From Haloarculaceae archaeon (GTDB lineage Archaea > Halobacteriota > Halobacteria > Halobacteriales > Haloarculaceae): DNA of 64,000 bases. The DNA lies in assembly GCA_036625595.1 (NCBI GenBank), contig JAZKTK010000002.1:3552-67551 (forward strand), read 5' to 3'. The translations under genes and the position numbers were made by a program. Positions 46,620 through 54,808 of the stretch are shown here, one piece after another; position 1 is the stretch's first letter, and each line of letters begins with the position of its first letter. The notes beneath the pieces are model-generated. The model made no database searches, had not been told where the DNA came from, and saw only the letters and a list, made by a program, of their open reading frames with translations.

Positions 46620-48416
46620 ATGAGCGGTGAGCACGCCAACGAGGAGCGGGCCGTCAGCCGCCGTGCAGTCCTCGGGACTGCGGCAGGTGTCGGTGCAGGG
46701 TTGGCCGGCGGTTGCGTCGGCGCAGTCCGAAACTTCCTCGGTGGCGGCGGTCCCTCCCAGCTCTCACTGACGGTCAAGTCGGTCCCCGCAGACACCGACC
46801 CAGTGGTCACACAGATTGCGCGCCAGCTCGTCAACCGGTTGATGGATGTCGGCATCGACGCACGCGTTCAGCTGGAATCCCGAACGCAGCTCCGCCAGGA
46901 CGTGTTGATGAACAACGAATACGACATCTACATCGACGAGTACCCGGCTCACGACGACCCCGACATGATACGTCCGATGATGCATTCGGTGTTTACCAGC
47001 GAGTCGGGCTGGCAGAATCCCTTCGACTACACGGACCTCACCGTGGACGAGCAGCTCGGGACACAGCGAGCAGCGACCGACAGCGACCGACAGCTCGCCG
47101 TCGACGACATCCAGCGCAAAACTGCTCGTGAGCAACCGTTCGGCGTGGTCGCCTTTCCGAAAGACATCTGGACGGCACGCACCGACCGCTACACCGGATG
47201 GGACGAGTTCTCGCCGACGAATCCGCTGGCGTTCATCGCACTCGACAAGCGCGACCGTGCCGACGACGGCGAGGGTCGACTCCGCGTCACGACGACCGAC
47301 GCGAAGCCAACCGAGAATCTAAACCCATTGTCGGCCGTTCACCGCTACTACGGGACGTTCACGGACCTGTTGTACGACCCACTGGGTCGCCGCTACGATG
47401 GGGGTGTCAACCCGTGGTTGGCCGAAGGGTGGGACATCAAGCGGTCTGGCGGCACCACCACAGCGACAGTGAGCCTCCGGTCTGGCCTGCGCTGGCACGA
47501 CGGGCAGCCGTTGACCGCCAGCGATGTTGCCTTCACCTTCCGCTTTCTGAACGATACGACGCTCGAAAACGGCGAAGCGGAAGTCCCGGCACCGCGCCTC
47601 CGGGGTCGTGCCGCACTGGTCGAATCGACGGACGTTCGTAACACGCGGACGGTCGAACTTCAGTTTGGAGATACGAACCCGGCGGTTGCACGACGAGCGT
47701 TGACGGTACCGATACTCCCGGCGCACGTCTGGGAGTCGATGACAGCACGGGCGTCGGCAGCCGGACTGAACATGACGCCGTACCCGACGGAAGCGCTCGT
47801 CACGCCGAACAGCGAGCCGATGGGTAGCGGCGTCCTGCAGTTCGAGGGGGCGACCAACGGCGAGTCGCTCGTGTTGACTCGGTTCGACGACCATTTCCTG
47901 CACCGCGAGCCCTCGACAGAGCCTGCAAAGTACTTCGCCGGCGGCGTCCCGTTCAATCGACTCTCAGTCCGAATCGTCCCTTCGGACGCCGCTGCAGTCG
48001 AACTGGTCGCCGCCGACGAGGCGGACGCAACGGCGATGAGTATCTCTCCGAACAGCGTCTCCCGGGTCGGCGAGTACGACAGTCTCGAACTGTACACGGC
48101 CGACTCACGGACGTTCTATCACGTCGGCTTCAACACCCGACAGGTTCCACTCGGAAACGGACATTTCCGGCGGCTGATTATGCGACTGCTCGACAAGGAA
48201 CAGATCGTCGAGGAGACGCTAGATGGCTACGCAACACCGGGCGTGACACCGCTGAGCGGCACCGACTGGGTTCCCGCAGACCTCGCCTGGCAGGGGCGCG
48301 ACCCACAGGTTCCCTTCATCGGCAGCGACGGGACGTTCGATGGGGAACGAGCCAGGGAACTGTTCAGAGAAGCGGGCTTCAAATACGACGACACAGGGAG
48401 GATGATAGCTAGATGA
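46620..48416 (+). CDS. ABC-transporter substrate-binding lipoprotein, family 5 (peptide/nickel type), Tat-exported
   Basis: The twin-arginine signal is VSRRAVLGTAAGVGAGLAGGC, with a lipobox Cys. The ~600-aa SBP_bac_5-like body includes LR.GL.WHDG.PLTA.DV.F. Confidence 0.8.
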   Translation: MSGEHANEERAVSRRAVLGTAAGVGAGLAGGCVGAVRNFLGGGGPSQLSLTVKSVPADTDPVVTQIARQLVNRLMDVGIDARVQLESRTQLRQDVLMNNEYDIYIDEYPAHDDPDMIRPMMHSVFTSESGWQNPFDYTDLTVDEQLGTQRAATDSDRQLAVDDIQRKTAREQPFGVVAFPKDIWTARTDRYTGWDEFSPTNPLAFIALDKRDRADDGEGRLRVTTTDAKPTENLNPLSAVHRYYGTFTDLLYDPLGRRYDGGVNPWLAEGWDIKRSGGTTTATVSLRSGLRWHDGQPLTASDVAFTFRFLNDTTLENGEAEVPAPRLRGRAALVESTDVRNTRTVELQFGDTNPAVARRALTVPILPAHVWESMTARASAAGLNMTPYPTEALVTPNSEPMGSGVLQFEGATNGESLVLTRFDDHFLHREPSTEPAKYFAGGVPFNRLSVRIVPSDAAAVELVAADEADATAMSISPNSVSRVGEYDSLELYTADSRTFYHVGFNTRQVPLGNGHFRRLIMRLLDKEQIVEETLDGYATPGVTPLSGTDWVPADLAWQGRDPQVPFIGSDGTFDGERARELFREAGFKYDDTGRMIAR

Positions 48417-49411
48417 TACTGTCGATTCCGCTTGGCTTACTCAAACAGATTGTCCTCGTCGTCGGTGCCCTCCTCCTCTTTTTTTCGCTGACTATCATCG
48501 GCATCGGCCGTCTCGGTCGGTTACGGCGAAATCTCGTGAATCGCCTCGAGGAGGTGTACCCCTACATACTGCTGCTGGCAATCGTACTGGCGCTAAATTC
48601 CTTCGTGAGAACGCGCGGAGAGATACTCTCCTGGCTGCTGGACTGGCAGGTGACCGGCTTTATTTACTCCATCGAGGGGGACCTGGTCGCGAACCTCCAG
48701 GCGTATCTGACCGGTCGCTTCCTCACCCTCCCGGGAATCACGCAACTGACCGCCAGCATTCAGGAGTACACCGGCGTCGTTCCCGCCGACCAGGTGATTG
48801 CCTTCTTTTCGTTCGTATACGTCTACGGCTACGTGTTCCTCATGGTCTTTCCGTTCGTCGCCTACTTGGCGAAAGACAGGATGGGGTCCTTTCGGACGTT
48901 GATGCTTGCCTACGCGTTCAACTACACCATCGGCGTGCTCTGTTACGTTCTGTTTATCTCTTACGGGCCGCGGAACCTGTTGTATCCCGAAGTTCAGTCG
49001 CTGATGTACGAGTGGTGGCCGCGCTCGCAGATTCTGACCGGCGAAATTAACTCGAACACGAACGTCTTCCCGTCGCTACACAGTTCTATCGCGGCGACAG
49101 TCGCGTTGCTCGCCTACCGCACGCGAGATACCTACCCGGCGTGGCTGTACATCTCGACGCCGATCGCACTCGGCGTCCTCGTCGCCACGATGTTCCTCGG
49201 CATCCACTGGGGCGTCGACGTCGTCGCCGGCGTGGGGCTTGCAGTAATAAGTATCGCGCTCGCAGACAAGGTGACCGACGAGAACGGGGAAAGCGCCTGG
49301 CTGAATCGAGTGGCAGAGCGCACTGTCATGGCTCTCGACCGGCGCTTCCAACTTACCCGGGAGTGGCTCTCGAATCTCCGCTCGGAGGAGACTGACAGTC
49401 AGAGTCGGTAA
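48413..49411 (+). CDS. PAP2-superfamily membrane phosphatase
   Basis: The start overlaps the SBP stop (ATGA). The protein is polytopic with the phosphatase motifs PSLHSS and GIHWGVDVVAG. Confidence 0.75.
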   Translation: MILSIPLGLLKQIVLVVGALLLFFSLTIIGIGRLGRLRRNLVNRLEEVYPYILLLAIVLALNSFVRTRGEILSWLLDWQVTGFIYSIEGDLVANLQAYLTGRFLTLPGITQLTASIQEYTGVVPADQVIAFFSFVYVYGYVFLMVFPFVAYLAKDRMGSFRTLMLAYAFNYTIGVLCYVLFISYGPRNLLYPEVQSLMYEWWPRSQILTGEINSNTNVFPSLHSSIAATVALLAYRTRDTYPAWLYISTPIALGVLVATMFLGIHWGVDVVAGVGLAVISIALADKVTDENGESAWLNRVAERTVMALDRRFQLTREWLSNLRSEETDSQSR

Positions 49412-50010
49412 CTCGCGCTCGACGACCGCCGCCGGGGGATGTCGAGAGCACCAACTCGACCGGCAGCCAGTCCGCAGGCCAGCCCCGTCGCGTGACCGAT
49501 GACCGCAGAGCCCGGACCGCTGGCGACCACCGTCACCACGACAACGATGAGACCGAACAGGACAGTCTGCGCACGAGCGGAGAGCTGGACGCGGTCGAGA
49601 ATCCGCGTCGAGACGACGTTCCCCCCGAGCAGATAGCCCAGAAACGCGAGAACCGCACCACTGGCACCCCAGACGGCGTGTGGCGGACCGACCAGTCCCC
49701 CGAGAAACACCTCCGCCAGTCCGGCGAGCGCGCCGGTCGTGAGAAAGAACACGTGGTAGCGGATAGCGGTCGTCTTACGAGCGACCAGCGGTCCGACGAC
49801 GGCCAGCGCGACCAGGTTCGCCAGCAGGTGTGGGAGGCCGCTGTGGGCGTAGATACTCGTCACGAGCGCCCACGGGCGCGCCAGCACAGTCGCATCGAGG
49901 ACAAAGAGGAGATACTCGACCGTCCAGAACAGGCTGACGACCTGCTGAGCGAGGAAGACGACGAGAATGACGGCGAGCGTCTGGAGCGTCGGGCGGCCGC
50001 GCAGTCGCAT
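49399..50010 (-). CDS. Rhomboid-family intramembrane serine protease
   Basis: Motifs are YAHSGLPHLLANL, the GASGAV catalytic Ser, and a His in GHATGL. The start is either 50010 or 50061. Confidence 0.8.
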   Translation of the reverse strand: MRLRGRPTLQTLAVILVVFLAQQVVSLFWTVEYLLFVLDATVLARPWALVTSIYAHSGLPHLLANLVALAVVGPLVARKTTAIRYHVFFLTTGALAGLAEVFLGGLVGPPHAVWGASGAVLAFLGYLLGGNVVSTRILDRVQLSARAQTVLFGLIVVVVTVVASGPGSAVIGHATGLACGLAAGRVGALDIPRRRSSSASYRL

Positions 50011-50171
50011 ACCTAATATCGGGGCTCCATCGGCAAAACCCTCCGGGTGAACACCGGCCACCTGTCCGTGGCACGGCGTCTATTGGTCTACGCACGTTGG
50101 GAGAGAAGCTTCCGTCGCATGTAGCGATGTTCGGCTGCACCCAGCCATTACGCAGACCCGTGCTGCCCTGT

Positions 50172-50543
50172 TCAGAGATCTCGTTCGAGGGCTTCCCGAC
50201 GTTGTTCGTACTCTTCGTCAGTCAGTTCGCCGCGAGCGTACGCAAGACGGAGTTCTTCAAGCGCCTGATCCGAGTCGCTATCGCGTCCCGTGACTGTCCG
50301 GTAAATGAGGTAGCCACCGCCGATGAGGACGGCCAGAAACAGGAGTTGCATCACGATTCCTGCGATGAACATCCAGCCCGGTATCGTTCCGCCACCCCAC
50401 ATTCCGCTCCCCCACGTTCCACCCATCATCGGGCCGAATCCCATCATTCCAAAGCCCATGAACAACAGCGGGAAGATGACGAACGCACCGATAATGAGGA
50501 GCACAATCGTGACAAGTCGTGTATCGTCTGTCTGGTTTGACAT
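50172..50543 (-). CDS. SHOCT-domain membrane protein
   Basis: Two TM helices flank a Gly/Met-rich loop. The C-terminal LEELRLAYARGELTDEEYEQRREAL is a SHOCT motif. Confidence 0.8.
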   Translation of the reverse strand: MSNQTDDTRLVTIVLLIIGAFVIFPLLFMGFGMMGFGPMMGGTWGSGMWGGGTIPGWMFIAGIVMQLLFLAVLIGGGYLIYRTVTGRDSDSDQALEELRLAYARGELTDEEYEQRREALERDL

Positions 50544-50721
50544 GTATTTTCTCCGTGAGGTCCGCCTCTAGCTCTCAATACGCGGTCACTATTCAATGCG
50601 GTTGCGGCTTCGATTTCGCTGTACTAGTTCGATTTCTCCCTTAGATTCCATAGTTTTGATGCCAGATGGGATTGATTTTCTAAGGGGAATTGCAATAGAT
50701 TAGCCCACCGTTGGTACACCT

Positions 50722-52116
50722 ATGCAGGCGACGATACTCAACGGAGTTCTCGAAGCACTCCATATCGGTGTCGGATTTCTCTGGACGGCGGTGTGGGCGA
50801 TTATTATGGGGCTTACAATCACGAGTCTCGTGCAGGTGTACGTCTCGAAGGAACGGATGGCACAGCTTCTCGGCGAGGGTGATTTTGCTGGAGTAGCGAA
50901 AGCGACCGTATTCGGTGCGGCGAGCAGTGGGTGCAGTTTCGGAGCCGTCGCCATCGCCAAAGGGCTGTTCAAAAAAGGCGCTCACGCCGTGAACTTCATG
51001 GCGTTTATGTTCGCGTCGACGAACCTCATCGTCGAGCTCGGATTGATGATTCTCATTCTGCTGGGCTGGGAGTTCCTCGTTGCTGAACTGCTCGGCGGCC
51101 TCATCCTCATTGCCGTCATGGCAGTCATCGTTCATCTGACGCTCCCGGAAAGCCTCTTTGACGAGATTCGAGCAACGCTCACTGCGCACGACAGGGAATC
51201 GGGCGTCACTGAAGACCCCACCTGCGGGATGGAGGGCAAAGACGAGTACACGCTCACGACCGATGGTGGTGAGACGCTGAAATTCTGTTCTGAGGGTTGT
51301 ATGGAGACGTATCTGCAGGAAACGTCGAGCAATGGCGGCTGGCGCGAGGAGTTGCTGTCGTGGGGTGGCTGGTACAAAATCGGTAATCAGTACCGCAAGG
51401 AGTGGTCGATGATCTGGAAGGACGTTATCGCGGGCTTTCTCATCTCAGGGTTCGTAATCGTCTTCGTCCCGCAGTGGGTGTGGAACACTCTGTTCATTCA
51501 GGGTGATGGCCTGCTCGTAACTGCCGAGAACGCAATTATGGGAGTCACCATCGCCGTTATCAGCTTCGTCGGCAGTATGGGCAACGTCCCGTTCGCGGTC
51601 GCCCTCTGGGGCGGTGGCATCAGCTTCGCGGGCGTCATCGCGTTCGTCTACGCCGATCTCATCACGATTCCCGTATTGAACATCTACCGGAAGTACTACG
51701 GCTGGAAGATCATGCTGTACATTCTCGGTGTCTTCTTCGTGACGATGGCATTCACCGGCTTCCTCATGGAGTTACTGTTCGACGCCTTCGGCATTGTTCC
51801 CGACCTTGCAGGCGGGGAGACGGCGGCCGAGCAGACCTACTTCGAACTCAACTACACGTTCTACCTCAACCTCATCGCGTTCACCCTCTCCGGCTTCCTC
51901 CTGTTCGTCTACCGACGGGGACTCGGCGCACCCGGACAGTACCGAGACCCAGTGTGTGGGATGCGAGCCGACGATGACGGTCCGAGCACTTCGCACGAGG
52001 GAACCACGTACTACTTCTGTTCAAACGCTTGCAAGCGAGCGTTCGAAGACGACCCGGGGACGTTTGCAGAGCAGGGTCCGCAGGTCACGAGCCACGGTCA
52101 CAACCATGACCACTGA
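50722..52116 (+). CDS. Permease (DUF318/ArsP-like) with one internal and one C-terminal YHS/TRASH metal-binding domain
   Basis: The protein is polytopic. The loop PTCGMEGKDEYTLTTDGGETLKFCSEGCMETY spans nt ~51217-51312, and the tail DPVCGMRADD...TTYYFCSNACKRAFEDDP spans nt ~51946-52065. Both carry the CGM...FCS..C pattern of YHS/TRASH domains. The tail is His-rich (HGHNHDH). Confidence 0.8.
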   Translation: MQATILNGVLEALHIGVGFLWTAVWAIIMGLTITSLVQVYVSKERMAQLLGEGDFAGVAKATVFGAASSGCSFGAVAIAKGLFKKGAHAVNFMAFMFASTNLIVELGLMILILLGWEFLVAELLGGLILIAVMAVIVHLTLPESLFDEIRATLTAHDRESGVTEDPTCGMEGKDEYTLTTDGGETLKFCSEGCMETYLQETSSNGGWREELLSWGGWYKIGNQYRKEWSMIWKDVIAGFLISGFVIVFVPQWVWNTLFIQGDGLLVTAENAIMGVTIAVISFVGSMGNVPFAVALWGGGISFAGVIAFVYADLITIPVLNIYRKYYGWKIMLYILGVFFVTMAFTGFLMELLFDAFGIVPDLAGGETAAEQTYFELNYTFYLNLIAFTLSGFLLFVYRRGLGAPGQYRDPVCGMRADDDGPSTSHEGTTYYFCSNACKRAFEDDPGTFAEQGPQVTSHGHNHDH

Positions 52117-52236
52117 TGGTGTGAGTTCTCTCCGGTGCCCCCGGTAGGTTACCTCCTGTCTCGGGTTTAGATACTCCTTGCTGTCCTCTGTAACTAGGAC
52201 GATTCCATCGACTTTGTTCTCAGTGCTGTGCGTCAT
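52021..52236 (-). pseudogene. Orphan short ORF, possibly the N-terminal remnant of a lost gene (integrase?), running antisense into the permease 3' end
   Basis: The product is MTHSTENKVDGIVLVTEDSKEYLNPRQEVTYRGHRREL..., with a TATA-like TTATTAAAAAT ~40 nt upstream. The distal half overlaps the permease gene and looks non-coding. It sits in a lower-GC patch beside the duplicated tRNA-Thr 3' end. Confidence 0.25.
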
Positions 52237-52429
52237 TTTCGACACCTCTGCCTAGAAGCCAGAACTAGTGGAACCCAATTTTTAATAATGCACTGTGTCA
52301 CCCATGACACTTTTCTATAATCGAATGACTGCGTCGGTGTACCCGTCACACCCGGGTACTCGTTCTTGCGCGGTGGACATTGTTTCACCGACGAAGAACC
52401 CGATAACTACCGGACATTACAGGGAGAGA

Positions 52430-52455
52430 AAGCCTAGGCCGGAATTTGAATCCGG
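52430..52455 (-). repeat. 26-nt exact direct repeat of the tRNA-Thr 3' end (T-arm 3' part + acceptor + 1 nt): att-like duplication
   Basis: AAGCCTAGGCCGGAATTTGAATCCGG occurs at 52430-52455 and again at 52564-52589 inside the intact tRNA-Thr. Confidence 0.85.
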
Positions 52456-52564
52456 AGATAGACTCGCTTCGCTCGCCTTTCAGGGATTCAAATACCGTGT
52501 CCGGCATCACCGACCACAGCGGTCGCTCGGCGACAGAGCGCCTCGCAGAAGTGTGGTCGGATGA

Positions 52565-52636
52565 AGCCTAGGCCGGAATTTGAATCCGGGGTCTCGTCCT
52601 TACCAAGGACGCGCTTTACCGCTAAGCTACCCAGGC
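52565..52636 (-). tRNA. tRNA-Thr (anticodon GGU)
   Basis: The reverse complement folds into a canonical 72-nt cloverleaf. Acceptor GCCUGGG pairs with CCUAGGC, the D arm is GCUU/AAGC, and the anticodon stem CGUCC/GGACG closes loop UUGGUAA. The T arm is CCGGA-UUCAAAU-UCCGG and the discriminator is U. Confidence 0.9.
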
Positions 52637-52684
52637 ACGCATGAGTCTGTTGCGTCGTACTGTCTTTAGGCGTTTCGATTCGCA

Positions 52685-53356
52685 TCACTGGTCGGCGGAC
52701 GTTGTCACACCTGCACCGCCAGTCGCATCTGTCCCGAGTCGGCCGATAGTGTCCGTGACCGTCTCGGGGAAGAACGATTCCGCGTCCGGAAACGGACTCC
52801 CGTTTGCCATGTCCGCAGCGAACTCTCGGAGACGGGGTGCGACGCCGCCATCTGCCAGCGTCGCGCCGGCGACGACGGCCAGTTCGAGGACGTTCGCTTC
52901 CAGATTCCGCGCGAGCCCGGGGTCGCCGGTCTCGCGGCTGACGGTCTGGTCGCGACCGAATGCCCGAACCGTGCTGACGGCAGCGTCGGCAGCCTCCGTT
53001 CGCGCGAGCAGGTAGAAACCCCTGGCAACGAGTACGTCGGCGGCCAGCACCGCGAGGTCGCCGTCGTCTTTGTCGCCCGAGAGCCACGGCTCGTCGTCGG
53101 CAAGCTGTCGGGTCAGTCGCAGCCCGTCGTAGATGAGCTGGACGCCGGCTGCACGCTCTGCGACGGGCTCTGATAACGCTCCATCAGGAGCGTCGACACT
53201 GGTTGTGTCGAGAGCCCGGACAGTGAGTATCGTCAACACACCCGGAGCCATCGACCCCTTACCGAGCTGTGTTTCGATACGCTCCCGGAGCGGTGCAGGT
53301 TCGACGTCGCCGACTGCATCCATCGCGGCTCGGCGGACCGCCGCGGCTTCCTCCAT
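52685..53356 (-). CDS. Conserved hypothetical helical protein, faintly polyprenyl-synthase-like but without DDxxD motifs
   Basis: 223-aa ORF. The segments AAGVQLIYDGLRLTRQL and DLAVLAADVLVARGFYLLA resemble the helices that carry the first Asp-rich motif in trans-isoprenyl diphosphate synthases, but the Asp residues are absent. Confidence 0.6.
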   Translation of the reverse strand: MEEAAAVRRAAMDAVGDVEPAPLRERIETQLGKGSMAPGVLTILTVRALDTTSVDAPDGALSEPVAERAAGVQLIYDGLRLTRQLADDEPWLSGDKDDGDLAVLAADVLVARGFYLLARTEAADAAVSTVRAFGRDQTVSRETGDPGLARNLEANVLELAVVAGATLADGGVAPRLREFAADMANGSPFPDAESFFPETVTDTIGRLGTDATGGAGVTTSADQ

Positions 53357-53416
53357 CGGACTGTTCTAGCGGCGGGGAAGGCAAAGACCTTTGGAAACGA
53401 GGAGGAAGTAGAAATC

Positions 53417-54109
53417 ATGATACGGAGTACAGTTGAGGACGACTACCGCGTCGTTACTCTCGACCGTCCGGACCGTCGCAACGCACTCACGCGTGACGGG
53501 CTCGGCGAACTGGCCGAGACATTCGAGACGGCCAGCGAACCGGTCGTCTACCTCCGGGGAGCCGGCGATGCATTCTGTGCCGGTGCCGACCTCGATGTCG
53601 TCGCCGACCTCGACAGCGACGAGGCGGCTGCATTCGCCGAGCGCGGCCAGGATGCAGCAAACGCTATCGCCGACTACGACGGGGCAGTCGTCGCCGGCAT
53701 CGATGGCCCGGCACGCGGCGGCGGTGTCGAACTCGCACTCGCCTGTGACGTGCGCGTTGCCACGCCCGCAGCGACGCTGGCCGAAACCGGCGTCGCGCTG
53801 GGCCTGTTCGGCGCGTGGGGCGGGACCACCCGCCTGCCAGCAATCGTCGGCGAAGGCAACGCACTGGACCTCTCGCTCTCCGGTCGGACTGTCGACGCCG
53901 AGGAAGCACTCGAGATGGGGCTGGTCAGCCGCATCGTCGCCGACCCGTCGACAGTGGCAGCAGAGATTGCGGCCAACGACCCCGACGCGATCCGGGCTAT
54001 CAAGGGACGCATCCGCGACCGGGCAGACAGCGACACGCAGGAGCGTCGCGAGGCCACGGCATTCAGGAGCCTCGTCGAGTCGTTCGAACCGCCAAACCGA
54101 AACGGCTGA
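53417..54109 (+). CDS. Enoyl-CoA hydratase/isomerase (crotonase family)
   Basis: The sequence LDRPDRRNAL...GAGDAFCAGADL...GPARGGGVELALACD is the classic crotonase signature. Confidence 0.88.
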   Translation: MIRSTVEDDYRVVTLDRPDRRNALTRDGLGELAETFETASEPVVYLRGAGDAFCAGADLDVVADLDSDEAAAFAERGQDAANAIADYDGAVVAGIDGPARGGGVELALACDVRVATPAATLAETGVALGLFGAWGGTTRLPAIVGEGNALDLSLSGRTVDAEEALEMGLVSRIVADPSTVAAEIAANDPDAIRAIKGRIRDRADSDTQERREATAFRSLVESFEPPNRNG

Positions 54110-54135
54110 ATGTCTCAGACTCGTTCGAGAGGACA

Positions 54136-54804
54136 ATGCCGGAGTGCAACTACTGTGGCGACTCGTTCGAGGACGACCGGTCTCACCTCGAACACCTCCG
54201 GAACGAACACGAAGGGGAGTTGGGAACGATAGACAGGCGCCGGGTCGAAGCGGAGTTGGGGACCGGCGACGACACCGAGGGACTGCCAACCGGGCCGGTC
54301 GTCCTCGGAATTGTCCTCGCGGTAGCCGTCGCCATCGTCGGCTACGTCATCTTCGTCCACGGTGCCGGCGGTGCTGGTGGGGCAGGGACGGTCAACGGCA
54401 TCGACGTGGCACAGACGCCCGGCCAGCCAAGTCAGAGCGAACACGGGCACGGTCTCATCAACGTCACCATCGACGGGCAGGAACTGGACTTTAGTCAGAG
54501 CCGATTCCAGCGCCCCCGGGAGTTCGCAGCCTTCCACTTCGAAGGTGGCGACGGGCGCGTCTGGCACAAACACGCCGCTGGTGTCACACTGGAGTACGCG
54601 ATGGCGACGCTGGGTATCGACGTGAGCGACGACAGCGTCACCTTCGACGGCACGACCTACCGTGACAGCGACGCCGACACGAACGTCACGGTCACCGTCG
54701 ACGGGCAACCGGTCAACCCAGAAACGTACGAACTCTCGGGGTCGAGCGACCAGCGTCCGGAGCAGGGCGACTTCATCCGCATCATCGTCACGACCGAAAG
54801 CTAA
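54136..54804 (+). CDS. Membrane-anchored protein with an N-terminal C2H2 zinc finger and an extracytoplasmic domain
   Basis: The product starts MPECNYCGDSFEDDRSHLEHLRNEH (C-x2-C...H-x3-H), followed by the TM helix VVLGIVLAVAVAIVGYVIFV and a ~150-aa Thr/Asp-rich domain. The upstream part of the track ORF overlaps the crotonase gene. Confidence 0.7.
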   Translation: MPECNYCGDSFEDDRSHLEHLRNEHEGELGTIDRRRVEAELGTGDDTEGLPTGPVVLGIVLAVAVAIVGYVIFVHGAGGAGGAGTVNGIDVAQTPGQPSQSEHGHGLINVTIDGQELDFSQSRFQRPREFAAFHFEGGDGRVWHKHAAGVTLEYAMATLGIDVSDDSVTFDGTTYRDSDADTNVTVTVDGQPVNPETYELSGSSDQRPEQGDFIRIIVTTES

Positions 54805-54808
54805 CCAC

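Noticed and set aside
52430-52564. A second complete tRNA, an intron-containing tRNA, or a box C/D sRNA downstream of tRNA-Thr.
   Set aside because: Only the T-arm 3' half and acceptor 3' strand are present. I could find no complementary 5' acceptor strand, D arm or anticodon arm. The GUGAUGC...CUGA pair (about 52482-52512, minus strand) is only ~20 nt apart, has a non-consensus C box and lacks C'/D' boxes, so it is too short for a guide sRNA.
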